The notes under the pieces: generated by a model
What the model was told of the DNA's origin: nothing
Seen by the model: the letters and a program-made list of their open reading frames with translations, nothing else
Database searches by the model: none
Position numbers and translations under genes: made by a program
From: Candidatus Thermosaccharophagus tengchongensis
GTDB taxonomy: Bacteria > Armatimonadota > Fervidibacteria > Fervidibacterales > Thermosaccharophagaceae
Assembly (NCBI GenBank): GCA_032161105.1
Contig: JAVHTD010000039.1
DNA length: 11,653 bases
Reading direction: 5' to 3' (one strand)
Part shown: positions 1 through 7,516 of the stretch, piece after piece
How positions within the stretch are numbered: the stretch's first letter is position 1
Layout of the letters: each line of letters begins with the position of its first letter

Positions 1-63
1 AGATACAAAAGCCTTACAGAAAGAACCCCTCTTTCGTGGGACTACTCCCTTCAGTTCCATCAT
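1..63 (-). CDS. Possible 5' end of a gene running off the left edge (MMELKGVVPRKRGSFCKAFVS...); product unknown, possibly a transposase
   Basis: Minus-strand ATG at 63 with GGAGG (plus 73-77) 9 nt upstream; 21 codons open to the window edge. It sits just inside an IS-end-like sequence at 92-114. Confidence 0.35.
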   Translation of the reverse strand, partial: MMELKGVVPRKRGSFCKAFVS

Positions 64-91
64 CCTTGTTCCCCTCCCACGATTTCATCGG

Positions 92-114
92 CTACAAAAT
101 TTGATAGCACACTC
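92..114 (-). mobile_element. Possible IS terminal inverted repeat (IS256-like appearance)
   Basis: Minus strand reads GAGTGTGCTATCAAATTTTGTAG, reminiscent of IS256-family ends, and is followed by an RBS and ATG. No partner IR is visible in the window. Confidence 0.2.
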
Positions 115-218
115 CATTTGCGATGTCAAGATCACGAAAGCCATAAGCCTTGTGCTTTTGAACAACTTCAACCATAATGACAACAAAACCACCATCTCTT
201 GTAAAGCCTTAACCAACC

Positions 219-369
219 CTGCTTCTCACTCCTTAACCATCACATAATGCAACTCTCAAAGCCCTCCCATTCAAACCATAGTTTTGCAAATCCACATTAA
301 ACTTATTGCGCCATAGCCTTTTGGCTTTGACGATGCTATCATTGCAACCAACATCTAAGACCATGCAAA
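219..369 (+). repeat. Left copy of a >=151-bp inverted repeat, probably a degenerate IS701-derived segment
   Basis: Reverse complement of 11503-11653 with one mismatch (343 vs 11529). The match runs to the last base of the window, so the true repeat may be longer. Confidence 0.95.
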
Positions 370-500
370 GGGATGAGAGCAACCATTTTCAAATTGCAAA
401 GGGCAAAAACTCTCCCACCTAAGAGTTACGCAGTTGCCTGAAAGACCTCTCTTTGGCATAATCTCGCAAAGACCTGCTCGTCAACAGGAGGCTATAGCTG

Positions 501-647
501 ATGAACTCATCCAAGTGCAATGACCTTGACTACATCAACTTCCTCATCGCCTCAAAGAAGACATTTGCCTTCACCGATGCAGGAAGACGCCAACCACAAA
601 GCCCCACTATTTCAGTGGGACTTACGCATTCGGCGTCCCAATTGTAG
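501..647 (+). pseudogene. Truncated IS701-family transposase N-terminus (48 aa)
   Basis: AGGAGG at 486-491, ATG at 501, TAG at 645-647. Translation MNSSKCNDLDYINFLIASKKTFAFTDAGRRQP... resembles the MNxPKCxxxDYIxFLIAxQxxFxCTEAxRxQP start of IS701-family transposases. Similarity is lost after about codon 33. Confidence 0.75.
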
Positions 648-699
648 GAGCGGCTTTAGTCGCGACCAACCGAAACTTCGGGTCTAAAGCCACCCCTAC
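644..699. repeat. GTAG-type REP doublet 1 (REPIN-like)
   Basis: GTAGGAGCGGCTTTAGTCGCGA (644-665) is inverted against TCGGGTCTAAAGCCACCCCTAC (678-699), 18/22 complementary, with GTAG/CTAC ends. Confidence 0.75.
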
Positions 700-725
700 A
701 GAAGATGACCCATTATTGTCGGATT

Positions 726-779
726 GTAGGGGCGTGTGAAACACGCCCGCTTTTTCGGGCGCATTTTATGCGCCCCTAC
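726..779. repeat. GTAG-type REP doublet 2 (REPIN-like)
   Basis: GTAG-GGGCGTGTGAAACACGCCC (726-748) and GGGCGCATTTTATGCGCCC-CTAC (757-779). Each is a GTAG tetranucleotide plus its own palindrome, and the two are in inverted orientation. Confidence 0.85.
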
Positions 780-841
780 GAGTGGCTTAACATCTGTCCC
801 CACGTTCAACTGTGTAACTCTGCAATAAGGCTGTTGGCGGC

Positions 842-2749
842 TCACTTCACCATGACAAATTGGACAACCGAGATCGCCCATCCGGGGAGCAGCGCTTGCA
901 CGCTTGAGGACGGCGGCAATACTTCGTAAGTTGGCTGACTGACAGTCTCACCAACGGGCAAGAGCTTCCTCACCCTTATCATGCTCACATTTGGCACAAA
1001 GGGTTGCGCAACTTTAACCTCAACTTGTTTGGGCTTGCCGGAGACATTTGCCATGAGCACATTCAACGCAGTTTGAGTGAGCACAGCCGTGCAGCTTATG
1101 GTGGCATCATCAGATGTGATCTTGCAAGCGCTTGCGCCCTTCGGACTGAAGATGTTGAACATCCACACTGCCCAATACGGTGGCATTGGCATAAGCTCAT
1201 CAGAGAGCAATCCCCAACCATCGCCGCACAACTTGAACTGCATGACCTCATCAACATTCATGGACGCAGTTTGAAGGAAAGCCATCCACCAAGCCATCCC
1301 TTCGGGGCGAGATATTCGCTCATCCCTTGAAGCACCCGAGTCGGTCCGTATTGAGTTCAGGTTTGCCTCCGAGATGTATAGACCGCATAACTCACCCCAA
1401 TGCTGCTTAATTAAGGCGCTGAGCGAATTGAGCGCGATTTGCCCCGGCAAGTCCGCAGCTGTGCCTTTCAAGGCAGCCTCCATTAGTGCTTCTGTAGATG
1501 TGCTTGCGTTATGCGTCCCGAAGAAGTGAAATGAGAAAAAGTCCATCGGACGCACAAAGCGCAACATGTGCATGGTTAAATCATACCATGGCGCCAAAAG
1601 CCCAATCCCGCCAATTGAACACCTCGGTCTGACTTTAACCGCCGCTTCAATAACCTGTTTTAGGCGCTCAAAGGCGTATTCCGGCGTGGCGCTCAATGTG
1701 TATGCATGGCAGTAATTGACCTCAATGGCTGCCACATCGTCCCTAAAGCCATATTGGCGGGTCAGTTCCGAAGCCAATGATGCAAATTCCCTCCTGTCAA
1801 GCTGCTCCGCAGATGTCGGAACTATGGCAATCATCGGTCGCATGCGCAATGCCTTTGCGAGCTTTATGAGCTGCTCAAGTGTATCACGGCTCAATTCATA
1901 CCTACCACTTGACTCAGACCAAGCGAGCAAGTCGGTCGTCTTAATCCTGCCGATGCCCAATTGGAGCTGCCGCACGCGCTCAATTGCCAAGCTATTGCTG
2001 AGCAACCCCAGCGCATCACCATCCAAGTTCGTCCCAACCCTCGCTCTCACCTTGCCGATGATGGCTTTTGGTTCAACGAGGACCTGAACCGGTTTGGCTT
2101 CAACTTTGACCAACTCCGCTGCCTCAACTGTTTGCGTTTTCTTTCGCCCAACATATGCCTGTATGTCATCCACGAGCATGAATGCACTATCCCACGAGCC
2201 ATCCATCCTGAACTCAATTGAGACGATATTTCCCACATCGCTATACCCAATGACGCCATCCGGGCTCTGAAACTCGCTGAACGGCACCGCTATCCACTGC
2301 CACCTTGAAAAGCTGAGCGGCAGTTTGAAGCTATACCTTGAGGTTACTCCAATCCGTCTCTTAAGCACCAGTGATAGCGTGACATCTCTTGAGCTCCCAT
2401 CTCCACAGAGCCAGAGCGAAATGCCTTCAGCACCAGCCCTGCGCAACTTCTCCCCATCAATGCGCTTGCTCACTGATGCCCACGAATCCTTCGCCGCAAA
2501 GAACACAATTAAACCTGCCCTGTTGCCATATGATTGTGGACACCCGGGCGACACCGCCCATATGGCACATAAACTTGCCCCATCGCGCCGTGTCGCATCC
2601 CTGCATTCCCATTCCAATGGCTCCCTTTCAAAGTCATCAATGAGCACCGATGCGTAGGCAATGCGTAACATCGCTACGGTAGAAAGGAGGGCAACAGCCC
2701 GCCAGCGCAAAGTGCCGTGATTAAACCAGCACATACTTGCCCTCACCAC
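842..2749 (-). CDS. Secreted protein: N-terminal CBM11/CIA30-like beta-sandwich, GH39-like (clan GH-A) barrel, C-terminal beta domain
   Basis: 635-aa ORF. Signal-peptide-like RWRAVALLSTVAMLRIAYA. Carbohydrate-binding-module motifs LIDDFE, GISLWLCGDGS, WQWIAVPFSEF and VDDI. GH-A-like strands DFFSFHFF and LYISEAN. The likely start is GTG 2746, overlapping the plsC stop (GTGA). Confidence 0.65.
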   Translation of the reverse strand: MVRASMCWFNHGTLRWRAVALLSTVAMLRIAYASVLIDDFEREPLEWECRDATRRDGASLCAIWAVSPGCPQSYGNRAGLIVFFAAKDSWASVSKRIDGEKLRRAGAEGISLWLCGDGSSRDVTLSLVLKRRIGVTSRYSFKLPLSFSRWQWIAVPFSEFQSPDGVIGYSDVGNIVSIEFRMDGSWDSAFMLVDDIQAYVGRKKTQTVEAAELVKVEAKPVQVLVEPKAIIGKVRARVGTNLDGDALGLLSNSLAIERVRQLQLGIGRIKTTDLLAWSESSGRYELSRDTLEQLIKLAKALRMRPMIAIVPTSAEQLDRREFASLASELTRQYGFRDDVAAIEVNYCHAYTLSATPEYAFERLKQVIEAAVKVRPRCSIGGIGLLAPWYDLTMHMLRFVRPMDFFSFHFFGTHNASTSTEALMEAALKGTAADLPGQIALNSLSALIKQHWGELCGLYISEANLNSIRTDSGASRDERISRPEGMAWWMAFLQTASMNVDEVMQFKLCGDGWGLLSDELMPMPPYWAVWMFNIFSPKGASACKITSDDATISCTAVLTQTALNVLMANVSGKPKQVEVKVAQPFVPNVSMIRVRKLLPVGETVSQPTYEVLPPSSSVQALLPGWAISVVQFVMVK

Positions 2750-3405
2750 CCACTCACCTTCGGTTTAAAGGGTCGTCCCGAGAGCTTGCTCAATGCAAAC
2801 ATGATCTCAACCGCAGCTGAGATTAAAGCCTCCTTTGATGGCTTCTCACCCTTCAATGGCTCAAAGTGCAACGGCTCACCGATGCGCACCTCAACTGGAG
2901 CTAAGCGCAGCTTTGCCTCACCAATCGGCATCACCTTTTCAGTGCCCATAAGTGCGACCGGCAAAACGGGCGCTGCAGTCCGCAATGCCAAATAGGCAAT
3001 GCCCAACTTCGGTTGGAGCAACTCGTGATGCGGGTTGCGTGTGCCCTCCGGAAACATGACCAATGCCTCGCCGCGCTCCAAAAGGTGCATGGCAAACCTT
3101 ATCGCATGCCTGTCAAAAATTTCCCTTCGCACCGGGAAGGCGTGATAAATTCGCATGAGTGTCCCAATGAATGGCACATCAAACGCCTCGGCTTTAGCCA
3201 TGTAGAATGCACGCCTCGGCAATGCGGCACCGACGAATATCGGGTCAACATAACTTCTATGGGTTGGTGCCACTATTAAAGCGCCATTTAACGGGACATT
3301 CCCGCGCCCGATCACCCTAAAGCGAAACAGCATGGGAAACAGAACCCGTGTAAGCATGTATGTGACGCCGTATAGAGGGTCCCGCACAAAGTCGCGCACC
3401 ATCAT
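2743..3405 (-). CDS. plsC: 1-acyl-sn-glycerol-3-phosphate (lysophospholipid) acyltransferase
   Basis: HxxxxD catalytic motif (THRSYVD), YMAKAE, AFPVRR, FPEGTR and PVLPVA blocks. GAGGGG RBS 9 nt upstream of ATG 3405. Confidence 0.9.
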   Translation of the reverse strand: MMVRDFVRDPLYGVTYMLTRVLFPMLFRFRVIGRGNVPLNGALIVAPTHRSYVDPIFVGAALPRRAFYMAKAEAFDVPFIGTLMRIYHAFPVRREIFDRHAIRFAMHLLERGEALVMFPEGTRNPHHELLQPKLGIAYLALRTAAPVLPVALMGTEKVMPIGEAKLRLAPVEVRIGEPLHFEPLKGEKPSKEALISAAVEIMFALSKLSGRPFKPKVSGW

Positions 3406-3570
3406 CCCATTTAGCCCCTCACAATTGCACCGCTGGTATCCCCCAATTTAAGGCGGCGTGGCTCTCTCAAACGGACACTATAGCGCATCGCCCAAACAGA
3501 GCGCAGGTGAACTGCTGTGGCAGTTTGAATGTCATGGATGGCGATTTTGCCAATTCCGATTTTTCATGCA

Positions 3571-3605
3571 TTGCATACATTTCCGAAACACACGCCATAA
3601 TGTAT
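3571..3605 (+). promoter_or_regulatory. Candidate sigma70-type promoter with an overlapping inverted-repeat operator, upstream of the abrB-like/efflux operon
   Basis: TTGCAT (3571-3576), 19-nt spacer, CATAAT (3596-3601). The perfect IR ATACATT (3575-3581) / AATGTAT (3599-3605) overlaps both boxes. Confidence 0.35.
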
Positions 3606-3635
3606 CGTGATGGAATTCGCGCTGGCGAGGGGTGA

Positions 3636-3908
3636 ATGCAAATGAGCAAAGCGGCAAAGAAGGTTGCTCATGGTGGTCAAGCGCGTCTGCAGCGGCTTTT
3701 TCGCGGCGTAGTCACTGTTGGCAGGCGTGGGCAAATCGTTTTGCCGGCTGAGTTGAGGCGTGAGTGCAATATAAAGCCAAAGGATAAGCTCCTCGTATTT
3801 TCGCACCCAGCTGGGATAGGCGTTGTGTTGATGCTGGCTGATAAGCTTGAGGAGATTTGGGCTGAACTTCAAACGCATCTTCGCGCCGTCGCTGAGCACA
3901 AGCGCTGA
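3636..3908 (+). CDS. AbrB/MazE/SpoVT-family DNA-binding protein
   Basis: VTVGRRGQIVLPAELRRECNIKPKDKLLV matches the swapped-hairpin AbrB signature. GAGGGG at 3627-3632 favours a start at ATG 3642. Confidence 0.9.
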   Translation: MQMSKAAKKVAHGGQARLQRLFRGVVTVGRRGQIVLPAELRRECNIKPKDKLLVFSHPAGIGVVLMLADKLEEIWAELQTHLRAVAEHKR

Positions 3909-3971
3909 AAAAGATGCACTTCAAACAGCGCTTAAGTCGCTCAAGCTCAACCGGCTGAGGAGGAGGTAGGG

Positions 3972-5342
3972 ATGAAGCGTGAGGGTAAGGCGAGTCGCAC
4001 TGTGAATTTCAACGCGAGAACGCTGGCACTTGTCGCTTTGATGTTGTCAACCGATCATTTGCTGGCTCAAATGACAGTTCGTGAGGCTATAGAAATTGCC
4101 CTCCGTCACAACCCGCAAATTCTTGCGAGTGCTGCAAGGGTGACTGCTGCACAGGAGGGCGTGAACCTTGCTCGCTCGCAGTTTTATCCGAGAGTTGACT
4201 TCTCGGCTACATACCGAGAGCAAGCTCCCGAGGTGAGCTTTCGTCTCCCGCCAGTTATCGGCGGTGCACCGGGTGAGATAACCGTCATCCCGCATTCTTA
4301 TCGCGAGTTTAACCTGCAACTTGTCCAACCGGTTTACACGGGCGGGAAACTTGAAGCAGCTTACAGGGTCGCAAGATGTGCTGCAAGCGCGGCTGAATTG
4401 GGGCACGCAAACACCACACTGCAGCTTGTAAAGCGCGTCAGGCATGCATACTTGGATGTGCTTGAAGCCGAAGCCCTTGTTGAGGTTGCCGATGCGGCTT
4501 TAAAGCGAGTCCAAGAGATGAGGCGCGTCGTCGGATTGATGTTTGAAGCTGGGAGGGTGGCGAAGTTTGATGTGCTAAGGGTTGAGGCTGAATTGGCACA
4601 AGCTCACGATGAGCTTGTGAGGGCGCAAAATGCCCTTGAGATAGCCCGCTCCGCATTCAACACACTGCTTGCAAGGGATGTTAATGCGCCGGTGGAGTTG
4701 GTTAAAGTGACCGAGCCTCCGAAACAGCCCGAGGAGTTGGCTCGCGAGGACGCTGAGGAAATCTCGCTTGAGATTGCAAAGGCACAGCGACCGGATTTGA
4801 AAGCCGCAATGCGCTCGGTTGAGCTTGCCGAACAAAAGGTCAAACTCGCCGAGTCGGAGAGGATGCCATCAATCTCACTCGCTACAGCCTTCCGCAGGCA
4901 GACGCGGACTGGCTTTGCATCTGCCGAATCAAAAGCAGCGATGCTCATCATCCAAGCGCCGATATTTGACTCCGGAAGGGTGAATGCCCAAGTTGAGCAA
5001 GCAAGGGCTGAATTGAAGAGCGCAAAGGAGATCCTTTCCTCCATTGAGAACCAGATTGCGCTTGAGGTGCGTCAGGCGGTATTGAACTGGCGCTCGGCAC
5101 AGTGGAGATTCAAAGCCGCCATAGCCGTGCTTGATGGAGCCGAGGAAGCTTACCGGATCGCAATGCTGCGCTATGAAGCTGGCGTCGGAACAAATGTTGA
5201 GGTGCTTGATGCACAGGCAGCATTGACAAGGGCTCGCACAAACTATGTGAGGGCGTTACACGACCTCCACCGCGCCGTAGCAGATTTTGAATATGCCATT
5301 GGGAAGCCAGTTGAGAGGGTGCTTTCCGAGCTGGGGCAGTAA
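3972..5342 (+). CDS. TolC-family outer membrane efflux protein
   Basis: Strong AGGAGG RBS and a signal peptide. Two OEP repeats: EAIEIALRHNP, FYPRVDF, QPVYTGG and FEAGRVAKFDVL; then RPDL, PIFDSG and RYEAGVGTNVEVLDAQ. Confidence 0.93.
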   Translation: MKREGKASRTVNFNARTLALVALMLSTDHLLAQMTVREAIEIALRHNPQILASAARVTAAQEGVNLARSQFYPRVDFSATYREQAPEVSFRLPPVIGGAPGEITVIPHSYREFNLQLVQPVYTGGKLEAAYRVARCAASAAELGHANTTLQLVKRVRHAYLDVLEAEALVEVADAALKRVQEMRRVVGLMFEAGRVAKFDVLRVEAELAQAHDELVRAQNALEIARSAFNTLLARDVNAPVELVKVTEPPKQPEELAREDAEEISLEIAKAQRPDLKAAMRSVELAEQKVKLAESERMPSISLATAFRRQTRTGFASAESKAAMLIIQAPIFDSGRVNAQVEQARAELKSAKEILSSIENQIALEVRQAVLNWRSAQWRFKAAIAVLDGAEEAYRIAMLRYEAGVGTNVEVLDAQAALTRARTNYVRALHDLHRAVADFEYAIGKPVERVLSELGQ

Positions 5343-5387
5343 GTGAAGAGATGGGAAGATGAAAAGCGCCGGATGCACATGCAATAT

Positions 5388-5414
5388 GGGATGCTCTTAG
5401 AATGCGTCCCTTTT
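5388..5414 (+). terminator. Possible weak intrinsic terminator or attenuating hairpin between the TolC-like and MFP genes
   Basis: GGGATGC (5388-5394), 9-nt loop, GCGTCCC (5404-5410; one G-U pair), then TTTT. Confidence 0.3.
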
Positions 5415-5443
5415 ACGGTGTGAGTTGAGGGGCGCTTCAAGGG

Positions 5444-7516
5444 GTGAGGAAGATGGCTCTTGCCCGCAAGCCAAACAGCACTGTGCGTGCGAGCTATGTC
5501 ATCCTCGTTGCGGCTTTGATTTTCATCTCCGTGATTGGCATGTGGCGTATGAGGCATCATTCCGCGCCGCAAAAGATGCACTCTGAGTCGGCTGCCAAAG
5601 GGATGGAAACCGCTGTGCCAGTTGAAGTTGTTCTCGCGAGCCGTCAGGACATTCGCAGGGAGATGGAGATAACGGGGAGCATTAAGTCAGAGGGCGATGT
5701 CAATGTCGGCAGCGAGATTGCCGGAAAGGTCATCTTCATCGGGGCAAAGGAGGGCGACTTCGTTCACTTGGGGAGCGTTTTAATTCGGCTTGACGACTCA
5801 ACGCTTCGTGCGCAACTTGAACAAGCCAAAGCCGCATATGAGTCAGCGAGGGCTCAATATGAGCAGCTCAAGCTCGCAAAGGAGCTTGAAGGCAAGAAGG
5901 TCGGCACTGACTTGGAAACAGCTCAAGCACAGCTTTCGGCAGCAAAGGCGCGTGCCCGTGAACTTAAATTGGCGTATGAGCTTGCGACGAAAGAGACGAG
6001 CATAACTGTTGAGCAGGCGCAAGCCAATTTGGAAGCCGCAAGGGCTGCCCTAAGGCAAGTTGAGGAGCAAGCCAAGATTGCCGATGAGCAAGCCGAGACA
6101 GAGCTAAGGCGCGCAGAAGCTGCATTGAAGGCGGCTCGTGAGCGGTTAGCTATGGCTGAAGAGGGTGTTGGAGCAACTGATGAACAAGTTGAGGCGCAGA
6201 TTCAACAGGCACAGGCTCAGCTTGGCTCCGCTAAGGCTTTGCTTGAAAAGGCTCGCAAGGGTGCAAGGGCTCAGGAAGTTGAACAGGCACGACAAGCCGT
6301 TGCACAGGCAAAAGCGAACTTTGATCTGGCGGAGGCTGAATACGAGCGCACGAAATTCCTTTACGAGCGCGGCGCAGTATCAAGGTCACAGCTTGACCAC
6401 ACTAAGCAGCTTTACGAAGTGGCGAAGGCGAATTACGAATCGGCGAAGCAGGCGCTTTCACTCATTGAAGAGGGGACTCGCCCAGAGGACATACGAGCAG
6501 CCGAAGAGGCAGTTAGGCAAGCGGAAGCCGGAGTTAAGCTTGCCGAAGCCGCCAAGGTCAAGAAGTCAACCGTAAGACGCGAGCTTGAGATTGCAAGGGC
6601 ACAACTCGCCGAAGCTGAGGCGCTCTACAACCTTGCAAAAGTGAGCATGGCTCGCAAGCAGATAAGCGCATTGCAAGTTGAGACGGCACGAATACAGGTC
6701 AAGAACGCCGAATTAGCCCTGCAGCTTGCCAGGGAAAATGAGAGGCGAAAGCAGATGCTAAAAGAGCAAGTTGAAGCAGCTATGGCTGCAGTTAAGCAAG
6801 CCGAAGCGCTTGTTGAACTCGCCAAGGCTGGCAGCTTGCGCGTCGGCATATCAAGGCAGCAAGTTGAGGCAGCAAGGGCTGCAGTTGATGGCGCAAATGC
6901 CCAAATCAAAACCTTGGAGACGCAGCTTTCAAAGACGGTGATAAGGGCACCTGTTAGCGGTTATGTGGCTGAGAAGAGGGTTGATGTTGGTGAGACAGTC
7001 ACACCGGGCATGCCACTCATGCGATTGGTCTCAATGGATCGGGTTTACTTTGAGGGGGAGCTGCCGGAAATGGAATACAGGTTCGTCTCCAACGGTCGCA
7101 TGAAAGTGATGGTGCGCATTGATAGCATCCCGGAGAGGGAGTTTGAGGGGCACATAGAGCGCGTCGTCCCTGTGGCTGTTGAGGCGACGCGCAAATTTGT
7201 TGTGCGTGTTGGGCTGAGGAAGCTGGGCGAGTTCATAATGCCGGGTTCGTTCGCAAGAGGGCGAGTGATAGTTGAGGAGATAAAGGGTGCCACTGTCATA
7301 CCCTCGGCATGCCTATTGCGCGGCGGCAACAAAAGCTATGTGTTTGTTGTTGAGCATGGCAGGGCGAAGCGGAGGGAGATAAAGCTCGGCATTGAATTTG
7401 GGGAAAAGGTTCAAGTGATTGACGGCTTGAAGGTTGGCGAAGAGGTCGTAATCGCCGGTCAGGACAAGCTATACGATGGCGCACGAGTTCGTGTTGTCCG
7501 AAGACGCAGCACTTGA
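5444..7516 (+). CDS. RND efflux periplasmic adaptor (membrane-fusion protein) with a very long alpha-helical hairpin
   Basis: N-terminal TM anchor. The split lipoyl domain (SEIAGKV...KEGDFV...LIRLD and IRAPVSGYV...VGETVTPG) flanks about 380 aa of A/E/Q/K/R-rich coiled coil. C-terminus has IPSACL and GLKVGEEVVIAG. An alternative start is ATG 5453. Confidence 0.92.
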   Translation: MRKMALARKPNSTVRASYVILVAALIFISVIGMWRMRHHSAPQKMHSESAAKGMETAVPVEVVLASRQDIRREMEITGSIKSEGDVNVGSEIAGKVIFIGAKEGDFVHLGSVLIRLDDSTLRAQLEQAKAAYESARAQYEQLKLAKELEGKKVGTDLETAQAQLSAAKARARELKLAYELATKETSITVEQAQANLEAARAALRQVEEQAKIADEQAETELRRAEAALKAARERLAMAEEGVGATDEQVEAQIQQAQAQLGSAKALLEKARKGARAQEVEQARQAVAQAKANFDLAEAEYERTKFLYERGAVSRSQLDHTKQLYEVAKANYESAKQALSLIEEGTRPEDIRAAEEAVRQAEAGVKLAEAAKVKKSTVRRELEIARAQLAEAEALYNLAKVSMARKQISALQVETARIQVKNAELALQLARENERRKQMLKEQVEAAMAAVKQAEALVELAKAGSLRVGISRQQVEAARAAVDGANAQIKTLETQLSKTVIRAPVSGYVAEKRVDVGETVTPGMPLMRLVSMDRVYFEGELPEMEYRFVSNGRMKVMVRIDSIPEREFEGHIERVVPVAVEATRKFVVRVGLRKLGEFIMPGSFARGRVIVEEIKGATVIPSACLLRGGNKSYVFVVEHGRAKRREIKLGIEFGEKVQVIDGLKVGEEVVIAGQDKLYDGARVRVVRRRST

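Larger units (their letters stand above)
422..821 (+). mobile_element. IS701-type non-autonomous remnant / MITE-like element bounded by terminal IRs
   Basis: AGAGTTACGCAGTTG (422-436) and CAACTGTGTAACTCT (807-821) are inverted repeats matching at 14/15. They resemble G(A/G)(A/G)(C/G)TTACGCA IS701-type ends. The interval holds a transposase N-terminal stub and a third end-like motif, GGACTTACGCA (618-628). Confidence 0.7.

Noticed and set aside
644..779. CRISPR array or tRNA/ncRNA interpretation of the palindromes
   Set aside because: There are no identical direct repeats with regular spacers, no cloverleaf and no cas genes. The GTAG-plus-palindrome layout fits REPs.
696..929. ORFs 696..881 (-) and 705..929 (+)
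   Set aside because: They are translations across the REP palindromes and the end of the GH-like gene, with no RBS or recognisable motif.
3477..3482. Minus-strand TATAGT as the plsC -10 box
   Set aside because: It is plausible, but there is no convincing -35 or extended -10 TG, so it is not reported as a feature.
3636..3908. Toxin-antitoxin module (AbrB/MazE antitoxin)
   Set aside because: There is no adjacent PIN/VapC, MazF or Doc toxin ORF; the next gene is the TolC-like protein.
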